DNA from: Eledone cirrhosa
Lineage: Eukaryota
Assembly: GCA_964016885.1 (NCBI GenBank)
Contig: OZ024747.1
Location: forward strand, 32,302,001 to 32,366,000
Length of the DNA: 64,000 bases
Reading direction: 5' to 3'
This document shows positions 52,201-64,000 of the stretch, one piece after another. How positions within the stretch are numbered: position 1 is the first letter of the stretch; each line of letters begins with the position of its first letter. Both the position numbers and the translations under genes were made by a program. The notes beneath the pieces were generated by a model that did not search any database, was not told the origin of the DNA, and saw nothing but the letters and a program-made list of their open reading frames with translations.

Positions 52201-55200
52201 TCCAGAAGGTGGGTGACAGGCAGAGGAAATATAATGTCTCAGACAGGTATCAGTGGCCAGCGTTCAACAGAGAGACTATCCAGAAGGTGGGTGACAGGCA
52301 GAGGAAATATAATGTCTCAGACAGCGACCAGTAGCCAGTGGTCAACAGACAGACCATCCAGAAGGAGGGTGACAGGCAGATGAAAAATCATGTCTCAGAC
52401 AGGGACCAGTAACCAGTGGTTACTAGAGATACCATCCCGAAGGTGGGTGACACGCAGATGAAATATAATGTCTCAGACAGGGACCAGTGGCCAGTGGTCA
52501 ACAGACAGACCATCCTGAAGGTGGGTGACAGGCAGATGAAATATAATGTCTCAGGGGACAGGGACGAGTGGCCAGTGGTCAACAGAGAGAACATCCAGAA
52601 GGTGGGTGAACGGCAGATGAAACATAATGTCTCAGACAGGGAACAGTGACCAGTGGTCAATAAAGATACCATCCAGAAGGTGGGTGACAGGCAGACGAAA
52701 TATAATGTCTCAGACAGAGACCAGTAGCCAGTGGTCAACAGAAGACCATCATGAAGGAGTGTGACAGCCAGATGAAATATCATGTCTCAGACAGGGACCA
52801 GTAGCCAGTGGTCAATGGAGATACCATCCAGAAGGTGGGTGATACGCAGATGAAATATAATTTTTCAGACAGGGACCTGTGGCCAGTGGTCAATAGAGAG
52901 ACCATCCAGAAGGTGGGTGACAGACAGATGAAATATAACGTCTCAGACAGGGACCAGTCGGCAGTGGTCAACAGAGAGACCATCCAGAAGGTGGGTGACA
53001 AGCAGATGAAATATATTGTCTCAGACAGGGACCAGTGGCCAATGGTCAACAGAGAGACCATCCAGAAGGAGGGTGACAGGCAGATGAAATATAATGTCTC
53101 AGACAGGGACCAGTGGCCAGTAGTCAACAGAGAGACCATCCAGAAGGAGGGTGACAGGAAGATGAAATATAATGTCTCAGACAGGGACCAGTGGCCAGTG
53201 GTCAACAGAGAACATCCAGAATGTGGGTGACAGGCAGATGAAATATAATGTCTCAGGGGACAGGGACCAGTGGCCAGTGGTCAACAGAGAGACCATCCAG
53301 AAGGTGGGTTACAGGCAGATGAAATATGATGTCTCAGACAGAGACCAGTGGCCAGTGGTCAACAGAGAGACCATCCAAAAGGTGGGTGACAGGCAGATGA
53401 AATATAATGTCTGACACAAGGACCAGTGGCCAGTGGTCAACAGAGAGACCATCCAGAAGATGGGTGACAGGCAGATGAAATATAATGTCTCAGACAGGGA
53501 CCAGTGGCCAGTGGTCAACAGAGAGACCATCCAGAAGGTGGGTAATAGGCAGATGAAATATAATGTCTCAGGGGACAAGGACCAGTGGCCAGTGGTCAAC
53601 AGAGAGACGATCCAGAAGGTGGGTGACAGGCAGATGAAATATAATGTCTCCGACTGGGACCAGTAGCCAGTGGTCAACAGAGAGAACATCCAGAAGGTGG
53701 GTGACAGGCAGATGAAATATAATTCTCAGACAGGGAACAGTGGGCAGTGGTCAACAGAGAGACCATCCAGAAGGTGGGTGACAGACAGAGAAAATATAAT
53801 GTCTCAGACAGGGACCAGTAGCCAGTAGGTCAACAGAGAGACCATCCAGAAGTTGGGTGACAGGCAGATGAAATATAATGTCTCAGACAGGGAACAGTGG
53901 CCAGTGGTCAACAGAGAGACCATCAGGAAGGTGGGTGACAGGCAGATGAAATATAATGTCTCAGACAGGTATCAGTGGCCAGCGTTCAACAGAGAGACTA
54001 TCCAGAAGGTGGGTGACAGGCAGAGGAAATATAATGTCTCAGACAGCGACCAGTAGCCAGTGGTCAACAGACAGACCATCCAGAAGGAGGGTGACAGGCA
54101 GATGAAAAATCATGTCTCAGACAGGGACCAGTAACCAGTGGTTACTAGAGATACCATCCCGAAGGTGGGTGACACGCAGATGAAATATAATGTCTCAGAC
54201 AGGGACCAGTGGCCAGTGGTCAACAGACAGACCATCCTGAAGGTGGGTGACAGGCAGATGAAATATAATGTCTCAGGGGACAGGGACCAGTGGCCAGTGG
54301 TCAACAGAGAGAACATCCAGAAGGTGGGTGAACGGCAGATGAAACATAATGTCTCAGACAGGGAACAGTGACCAGTGGTCAATAAAGATACCATCCAGAA
54401 GGTGGGTGACAGGCAGACGAAATATAATGTCTCAGACAGAGACCAGTAGCCAGTGGTCAACAGAAGACCATCATGAAGGAGTGTGACAGGCAGATGAAAT
54501 ATCATGTCTCAGACAGGGACCAGTAGCCAGTGGTCAACAGAGAGACCATCCAGAAGGAGGGTAACAGGCAGATGAAATATAATGTCTCAGACAGGGACCA
54601 GTGGCCAGTAGTAAACAGAGAGACCATCCAGAAGGAGGGTAACAGGAAGATGAAATATAATGTCTCAGACAGGGACCAGTGGCCAGTGGTCAACAGAGAG
54701 ACCATCCAGAAGGAGGGTAACAGGCAGATGAAATATAATGTCTCAGACAGGGACCAGTGGCCAGTGGTCAACAGAGAACATCCAGAATGTGGGTGACAGG
54801 CAGATGAAATATAATGTCTCAGGGGACAGGGACCAGTGGCCAGTGGTCAACAGAGAGACCATCCAGAAGGTGGGTGACAGGCAGATGAAATATGATGTCT
54901 CAGACAGAGACCAGTGGCCAGTGGTCAACAGAGAGACCATCCAAAAGGTGGGTGACAGGCAGATGAATTATAATGTCTGACACAAGGACCAGTGGCCAGT
55001 GGTCAACAGCGAGACCAACCAGAAGATGGGTGACAGGCAGATGAAATATAATGTCTCAGACAGGGACCAGTGGCCAGTGGTCAACAGAGAGACGATCCAG
55101 AAGGTGGGTAATAGGCAGATGAAATATAATGTCTCAGGGGACAAGGACCAGTGGCCAGTGGTCAACAGAGAGACGATCCAGAAGGTGGGTGACAGGCAGA

Positions 55201-58200
55201 TGAAATATAATGTCTCCGACTGGGACCAGTAGCCAGTGGTCAACAGAGAGAACATCCAGAAGGTGGGTGACAGGCAGATGAAATATAATGCCTCAGACAG
55301 GGAACAGTGGGCAGTGGTCAACAGAGAGACCATCCAGAAGGTGGGTGACAGACAGAGAAAATATAATGTGTCAGACAGGGACCAGTAGCCAGTAGGTCAA
55401 CAGAGAGACCATCCAGAAGTTAGGTGACAGGCAGATGAAATATAATGTCTCAGACAGGGAACAGTGGCCAGTGGTCAACAGAGAGACCATCAGGAAGGTG
55501 GGTGACAGGCAGATGAAATATAATGTCTCAGACAGGGACCAGTAGCCAGTGGTCAACAGAGAGAACATCCAGACGGTGGGTGAACGGCAGATGAAACATA
55601 ATGTCTCAGACAGAGAACAGTGACCAGTGGTCAATAAAGATACCATCCAGAAGGTGGGTGAAAGGCAGACGAAATATAATGTCTCAGACAGAGACCAGTA
55701 GCCAGTGGTCAACAGAAGACCATCATGAAGGAGGGTGACAGGCAGATGAAATATCATGTCTCAGACAGGGACCAGTAGCCAGTGGTCAATAGAGATACTA
55801 TCCAGAAGGTGGGTGACACGCAGATGAAATATAATGTCTCAGACAGGGACCAGTGGACAGTGGTCAACAGAGAGACCATCCAGAACGACGGTGACAGGCA
55901 GATGAAATATAATGTCTCAGACAGGGACCAGTGACCAGTGGTCAATAAAGATACTATCCAGAAGGTGGGTAACAGGCAGATGAAATATAATGTCTCAAAC
56001 GGACCATTGGCCAGTGGTCAACAGAGAGATCATCCAGAAGGTGGTTGAAAGGCAGAGGAAATATGTCTCAGACAAGGACCAGTAGCCAGTGGTCAATCGA
56101 AAGACCATCCAGAAGGTGGGTGACCGGCAGATGAAATATAATGTCTCATACAGGGACCAGTAGCCAGTGGTCAACAGAGAGACCATCCAGAAGGTGGGTG
56201 ACAGGCAGATGAAATATAATGTCTCAGACAGGTATCAGTGGTCAGCGTTCAACAGAGAGACTATCCAGAAGGTGGGTGACAGGCAGAGGAAATATAATGT
56301 CTCAGACAGCGACCAGTAGCCAGTGGTCAACAGACAGACCATCCAGAAGGAGGGTGATAGGCAGATGAAAAATCATGTCTCAGACAGGGACCAGTAACCA
56401 GTGGTTACTAGAGATACCATCCCGAAGGTGGGTGACACGCAGATGAAATATAATGTCTCAGACAGGGACCAGTGGCCAGTGGTCAACAGACAGACCATCC
56501 TGAAGGTGGGTGACAGGCAGATGAAATATAATGTCTCAGGGGACAGGGACCAGTGGCCAGTGGTCAACAGAGAGAACATCCAGAAGGTGGGTGAACGGCA
56601 GATGAAACATAATGTCTCAGACAGGGAACAGTGACCAGTGGTCAATAAAGATACCATCCAGAAGGTGGGTGATAGGCAGACGAAATATAATGTCTCAGAC
56701 AGAGACCAGTAGCCAGTGGTCAACAGAAGACCATCATGAAGGAGTGTGACAGGCAGATGAAATATCATGTCTCAGACAGGGACCAGTAGCCAGTGGTCAA
56801 TGGAGATACCATCCAGAAGGTGGGTGACACGCAGATGAAATATAATTTTTCAGACAGGGACCTGTGGCCAGTGGTCAATAGAGAGACCATCCAGAAGGTG
56901 GGTGACAGACAGATGAAATATAACGTCTCAGACAGGGACCAGTAGCCAGTGGTCAACAGAGAGACCATCCAGAAGGTGGGTGACAAGCAGATGAAATATA
57001 ATGTCTCAGACAGGGACCAGTGGCGAATGGTCATCAGAGAGACCATCCAGAAGGAGGGTGACAGGCAGATGAATTATAATGTCTCAGACAGGGACCAGTG
57101 GCCAGTTGTCAACAGAGAGACCATCCAGAATGAGGGTGACAGGCAGATGAAATATAATGTCTCAGACAGGGACCAGTGGCCAGTGGTCAACAGAGAGACC
57201 ATCCAGAAGGACGGTGACAGGCAGATGAAATATAATGTCTCAGACAGGGACCAGTGACCAGTGGCCAATAAAGATACCATCCTGAAGGTGGGTAACAGGC
57301 AGATGAAATATAATGTCTCAAACAGGGACCAGTGGCCAGTGGTCAACAGAGAGACCATCTAGAAGGTGGGTGACAGGCAGAGGAAATATAATGTCTCAGA
57401 CAGGGACCAGTAGCCAGTGGTCAATAGAAAGAACATCCAGAAGGTGGGTGACAGGCAGATGAAATATAATGTCTCAGACAGGGACCAGTAGCCAGTGGTC
57501 AATAGAAAGACCATCCAGTAGGTGGGTGACAGGCAAACTAAATATAATGTCTCAGACAGGGACCAGCAGCCAGTGGTCAACAGACAGACCATCCAGAAGG
57601 AGAGTGACAGTCAGATGAAATATAACGTCTCAGACATAGAATAGTGGCCAGTGGTCAACAGAGAGACCATCCAGAAGGTGCGTGACAGGCAGATGGAATA
57701 TAATGTCTGAGACAAGGACCAGTAGCCAGTGGTCAACAGAGAGACCATCCAGAAGGTGGGTGAGAGGGAGATGAAATATCATGTCTCAGAGAGGGGCCAG
57801 TGGCCAGTGGTTAATAGAGATACCATCCAGAAGGTGGGTGACACGCAGATGAAATATAGTGTCTCAGAGAGGGACCAGTAGCCAGAGGTCAACAGACAGA
57901 CCATCCAGAAGGAGAGTGACAGGCAGATGAAATATAATGTCTCAGACAGGGACCATTGGCCAGTTCTCAACAGAGAGACCATCCAGAAGGTTCGTGACAG
58001 GCAGATGAAATATAATGTCTCAGAGAGGGACCAATGGCAAGTGGTCAACAGAGAGACCATCCAGAAGGTGGGTGACAGGCAGATGAAACATGATGTCTCA
58101 GACAGGGACCAGTGGCCAGTGATCAACAGAGAGACCATCCAGAAGGTGGGTGACAGGCAGAGGAAATAGAACGTCTCAGACAGGGACCAATGGCCAGTGG

Positions 58201-61200
58201 TCATTAGAGAGACCATCCAGAAGGTGGCTGACAGGCAGATGAAATATAATGTCTCAGACAGGGACCAGCGGCCAGTGGTCAACAGAAAGACCATCCAGAA
58301 GGACGGTGACAGGCAGATGAAATATAATGTCTCAGGGGACAAGGACCAGTGACCAGTGGTCAATAAAGATACCAGTCAGAAGGTGGGTAAAAGGCAGATG
58401 AAATATAATGTCTCAAACAGGGACGAGTAGCCAGTGGTCAACAGAGAGACCATCCAAAAGGTGGGTGACAGGCAGAGGAAATATAATGTCTCAGACAGGG
58501 ACCAGTAACCAGTGGTCAATAGAAAGACACTCCAGAAGGTGGGTGACAGGCAGATGAAATATAATGTCTCAGACAGGGACCTTTAGCCAGTGGTCAACAG
58601 AGAGACCATCCAGATGGTGGGTGACAGGCAGATGAAATATAATGTCTCAGACAGGTATCGGTGGCCAGCTGTCAACAGAGAGACCATCCAGAAGGTGGAT
58701 GACAGGCAGAGGAAATATAATGTCTCAGACAGGGACCAGTGGCCAGTGGTCAACGGAAAGACCATCCAGAAGGAGAGTGACAGGCAGATGAAAAATGATG
58801 TCTCAGACAGGGACCAGTGGCCAGTGATCAACACAGAGACCACCTAGAAGGTGGGTGAGAGGACGATGAAATATCATGTCTCAGACATGGACCAGTAGCC
58901 AGTGGTCAATAGAGATACCCTCCAGAAGGTGGGTGACACGCAGATGAAATATAATGTCTCAGACAGGGACCAGTGGCCAGTGGTCAACAGAGAGACCATC
59001 CAGAAGGTGGGTGAGAGGGAGATGAAATATCATGTCTCAGACAGGGACCAGTAGCCAGTGGTTAATAGAGATACCATCCAGAAGGAGAGTGACAGGCAGA
59101 TGAAATATAATGTCTCAGAGAAGGACCAATGGCAAGTGGTCAACAGAGAGACCATCCAGAAGGTGGGTGACAGGCAGATGAAATATGATGTCTCAGACAG
59201 GGACCAGTGGCCAGTGATCAACACAGAGACCATCCAGAAGGTGGGTGACAGGCAGAGGAAATAGAACGTCTCAGACAGGGACCAATGACCAGTGGTCAAT
59301 AGAGAGACCATCTAGAAGGTGGCTGACAGGCAGATGAAATATAATGTCTCAGACAGGGACCAGTGGCCAGTGGTCAACAGAGAGACCATCCAGAAGGACG
59401 GTGACAGGCAGATGAAATATAATGTCTCAGACAGGCACCAGTGGCCAGTGGTCAATAGAAAGTCGATCCAGAAGGTGGGTGACAGGCAGGTGAAATATAA
59501 TGTCTCAGGGGACAAGGACCAGTGGCCAGTGGTCAACAGAGAGACCATGCAGAAGGTGGGTGACAGGCAGATGAAATATAATGTCTCCGACTGGGACCAG
59601 TAGCCAGTGGTCAACAGAGAGAACATCCAGAAGGTGGGTGACAGGCAGATGAAGTATAATGTCTCAAACAGGGACCAGTAGCCAGTAGGTCAACAGAAAG
59701 ACCATACAGAAGGTGGGTGACAAGCAGATGAAATGTAATGTCTCAGACAGGGAACAGTGGCCAGTGGTCAACAGAGAGACCATGCAGAAGGTGGGTGACA
59801 GGCAGATGAAATATAATGTCTCAGACAGGGACCAGTAGCCAGTGGTCAACAGAGAGACCATCCAGAAGGTGGGTGACACGCAGATGAAATAGAATGTCTC
59901 AGACAGGGACCAGTGGCCAGTGGTCAACAGAGAGACCATCCAGAAGGTGGGCGAGAGGGAGATGAAATATAATGTCTCAGACAGGGACCAGTAGCCAGTG
60001 GTTAATAGAGATACCATTCAGAAGGTGGGTGACAGGCAGATGAAATATAATGTCTCAGACAGGGACCAGTAGCCAGTGGTCAACAGAGAGACCATCCAGA
60101 AGGTGGGTGACAGGCAGAAGAAATATAATGTCTCAGACAGGGACCAGTGGCCAATGGTCAACAGAGAGACCATCCAGAAGGAGGGTGACAGGCAGATGAA
60201 ATATAATGTCTCAGACAGGGACCAGTGGCCAGTGGTCAACAGAGAGACCATCCAGAAGGAGGGTGACAGGAATATGAAATATAATGTCTCAGACAGGAAC
60301 CAGTGGCCAGTGGTCAACAGAGAGACCATCCAGAAGGACGCTGACAGGCAGATGAAATATAATGTCTCAAACAGGGACCAGTAGCCAGTGGTCAATCGAA
60401 AGAACATCCAGAAGGTGGGTGACAGGCAGATGAAATATAATGTCTCAGGCAGGAAGCAGTAGCCAGTTTTCAACAGAGAGACCATCCAGAAGGTGGGTGA
60501 CAGGCAGATGAAATATAATGTCTCAGACAGGGACCAGTAGCTAGTGGTCAATAGAAAGACCATCCAGTAGGTGGGTGACAGGCAGATGAAATATAATGTC
60601 TCAGACAGTGACCAGTAGCCAGTGGTCAAGAGACAGACCATCCAGAAGGAGAGTGACAGGCAGATGAAATATAATGTCTCAGACAGGGACCAGTAGCCAG
60701 TGGTCAACAGAGAGACCATCCAGAAGGTGGGTGACAGGCAGATGAAATATAATGTCTCCGACTGGGACCAGTAGCCAGTGGTAAACAGAGAGACCGTCCA
60801 GAAGGTGGGTGACAGGCAGATGAAATATAATGTCTCAGACAGGGACCAGTGGCCAGTGGTCAACAGAGAGACCATCCAGAAGGTGGGTGACAGGCAGATG
60901 AAATATAATGTCTCAGACAGGGACCAGTGGCCAGTGGTCAACAGAGAGACCAGCCAGAAGGAGAGTGACAGGCAGATGAAATATAATGTCTCAGACAGGG
61001 ACCAGTGGCCAGTGGTCAACAGAGATACCATCCAGAAAGAGAGTGACAGGCAGATGAAATATAATGTCTCAGGGGACAAGGACCAGTGGCCAGTGGTCAA
61101 CAGAGAGGCCATCCAGAAGGTGGGTGACAGGTAGATGAAATATAATGTCTCCGACTGGGACCAGTAGCCAGTGGTCAACAGAGAGACCGTCCAGAAGGTG

Positions 61201-64000
61201 GATGACAGGCAGATGAAATATAATGTCCCAGACAGGGAACAGTGGCCAGTGGTCAACAGAGAGAACATCAGGAAGGTGGGTGACAGGCAGATGAAATATA
61301 ACGTCTCAGACAGGGACCAGTAGACAGTGGTCAACAGAGAGACCATCCAGAAGGTGGGTGAACGGCAGATGAAACATAATGTCTCAGACAGGGAACAGTG
61401 ACCAGTGGTCAATAAATATACCAACCAGATGGTGGGTGACAGGCAGAGGAAATATACTGTCTCAGACAGCGACCAGTAGCCAGTGGTCAACAGACAGACC
61501 ATCATGAAGGAGGGTGACAGGCAGATGAAATATCATGTCTCAGACAGGGACCAGTGGCCAGTGGTCAACAGAGAGACCATCCAGGTGGGAGACAGGCAGA
61601 TGAAATATAATGTCTCAGACAGGGACCAGTAGCCAGTGGTCAACAGAGAGACCATCCAGAAGGTTGGTGACAGGCAGATGAAATATAATGTCTCAGACAT
61701 GGACCAGTAGCCAGTGGTCAATAGAAAGACCATCCAGTAGGTGGGTGACAGGCAGATGAAATATAATGTCTCAGACAGGGACCAGTAGCCAGTGGTCAAC
61801 AGAGAGACCATCCAGAAGGTGGGTGACAGGCAGAAGAAATATAATGTCTCAGACAGGGACCAGTGGCCAATGGTCAACAGAGAGACCATCCAGAAGGAGG
61901 GTGACAGGCAGATGAAATATAATGTCTCAGACAGGGACCAGTGGCCAGTGGTCAACAGAGAGACCATCCAGAAGGAGGGTGACAGGAAGATGAAATATAA
62001 TGTCTCAGACAGGGACCAGTGGCCAGTGGTCAACAGAGAGACCATCCAGAAGGACGCTGACAGGCAGATGAAATATAATGTCTCAAACAGGGACCAGTAG
62101 CCAGTGGTCAATCGAAAGAACATCCAGAAGGTGGGTGACAGGCAGATGAAATATAATGTCTCAGGCAGGGAGCAGTAGCCAGTTTTCAACAGAGAGACCA
62201 TCCAGAAGCTGGGTGACAGGCAGATGAAATATAATGTCTCAGACAGGGACCAGTAGCTAGTGGTCAATAGAAAGACCATCCAGTAGGTGGGTGACAGGCA
62301 GATGAAATATAATGTCTCAGACAGTGACCAGTAGCCAGTGGTCAAGAGACAGACCATCCAGAAGGAGAGTGACAGGCAGATGAAATATAATGTCTCAGAC
62401 ATAGAATAGAGGCCAGTGGTCAACAGAGAGACCATCCAGAAGGTGGGTGACAGGCAGAGGAAATAAAATGTCTCATACAGGGACCAGTAGCCAGTGGTCA
62501 ATAGAAAGACCATCCAGAAGGTGGGTGACAGGCAGATGAAATATAATGTCTCAGACAGGGACCAGTGGCCAGTGGTCAACAGAGAGACCATCCAGAAGGT
62601 GGGTGACAGGCAGATGAAATATAATGTCTCAGACAGGGACCAGTGACCAGTGGTCAATAAAGATGTCATCCAAAAGGTGGGTAACAGGCAGATGAATTAT
62701 AATGTCTCAAACAGGGACCATTGGCCAGTGGTCAACAGAGAGAACATCCAGAAGGTGGTTGACAGGCAGAAGAAATATGTCTCAGACAGGGACCAGTAGC
62801 CAGTGGTCAATAGAAAGACCATCCAGAAGGTGAGTGACAGGCAGATGAAATATAATGTCTCAGACAGGGACCATTAGCCAGTGGTCAACAGAGAAACCAT
62901 CCAGCAGGTGGGTGACGGGCAGATGAAATATAATTTCTCAGACATGTATCAGTGTTCAGCGGTCAACAGAGAGAGCATCCAGAAGGTGGGTGACAGGCAG
63001 AGGAAATATAATGTCTCAGACAGGGATCAGTAGCCAGTGGTCAATAGAGAGACCATACAGAAGCTGGATGACTGGAAGATGAAATATAATGTCTCAGACA
63101 GCGACCAGTAGCCAGTGGTCAATAGAAAGACCATCCAGAAGGTGAGTGACAGGCAGATGAAATATAATGTCTCAGACAGGGACCATTAGCCAGTGGTCAA
63201 CAGAGAGACCATCCAGAAGGAGAGTGACAGGCAAATGAAATATAATGTCTCAGACAGGGACCAGTGGCCAGTGGTCAACAGAGATACCATCCAGAAAGAG
63301 GGTGACAGGCAGAGGAAAGATAATGTCTCAGACAGGGACCAGTAGCCAGTGGTCAACAGACAGACCATCCAGAAGGTGGGTGACAGGCAGATGAAATATA
63401 ATGTCTCAGACATGGACCAGTGGATAGTGGTCAACAGAGAGACCATCCAAAAGGTGGGTGACAGGCAGATGAAATATAATGTCTGAGACAAGGACCGGTG
63501 GCCAGTGGTCAACAGAGAGACCATCTAGAAGGAGAGTGACAGGCAGATGAAATATAATGTCTCAGACAGGGACCAGTGGCCAGTGGTCAACAGAGAGACC
63601 AGCCAGAAGGAGAGTGACAGGCAGATGAAATATAATGTCTCAGACAGGGACCAGTGGCCAGTGGTCAACAGAGATACCATCCAGAAAGAGAGTGACAGGC
63701 AGATGAAATATAATGTCTCAGGGGACAAGGACCAGTGGCCAGTGGTCAACAGAGAGGCCATCCAGAAGGTGGGTGACAGGTAGATGAAATATAATGTCTC
63801 CGACTGGGACCAGTAGCCAGTGGTCAACAGAGAGACCGTCCAGAAGGTGGATGACAGGCAGATGAAATATAATGTCTCAGACAGGGAACAGTGGCCAGTG
63901 GTCAACAGAGAGAACATCAGGAAGGTGGGTGACAGGCAGATGAAATATAACGTCTCAGACAGGGACCAGTAGACAGTGGTCAACAGAGAGACCATCCAGA
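28213..64000. repeat. 78-bp tandem satellite array, about 460 monomers, continuing beyond the window
   Basis: Consensus GTCAACAGAGAGACCATCCAGAAGGTGGGTGACAGGCAGATGAAATATAATGTCTCAGACAGGGACCAGT(G/A)GCCAGTG. Head-to-tail in one orientation, with no foreign insertions seen. Confidence 0.99.

Noticed and set aside
28213-64000. Satellite as a CRISPR array or as a degenerate C2H2 zinc-finger cluster (TERP resembles TGERP)
   Set aside because: There are no unique spacers and the context is eukaryotic. The unit is 26 rather than 28 codons, and no frame has C-x2-C...H-x3-H spacing.
28213-64000. Satellite as a hammerhead-bearing satellite (CAGATGAAA resembles the core)
   Set aside because: No CUGANGA followed by stem II and GAAA on either strand of the consensus.

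Overview
AT-rich, microsatellite-dense animal genomic DNA. The SINE, (TA)n and (CA)n content suggests a coleoid cephalopod such as Octopus (inference). Bases 1-28.2 kb hold a probable housekeeping-gene start and promoter at the left edge (minus strand) and many mobile elements: a near-intact Naiad-type Penelope-like retroelement (PLE; RT plus GIY-YIG, one in-frame TAA) with duplicated and inverted flanks, two more Naiad endonuclease fragments, a Neptune/Poseidon-type PLE RT fragment, an R4/Dong-type RLE fragment, a non-autonomous Helitron and two tRNA-derived SINE families. At least four sequence-unrelated type I hammerhead ribozymes can be read directly, and two long palindromes are built from hammerhead sequence. 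Both Naiad fragments have an in-frame TGA exactly at a conserved Cys, a possible selenocysteine relic. Bases 28.2-64 kb are one array of a 78-bp satellite (about 460 monomers) with kilobase-scale higher-order duplications. Almost all ORFs in the supplied track are microsatellite or satellite artefacts.
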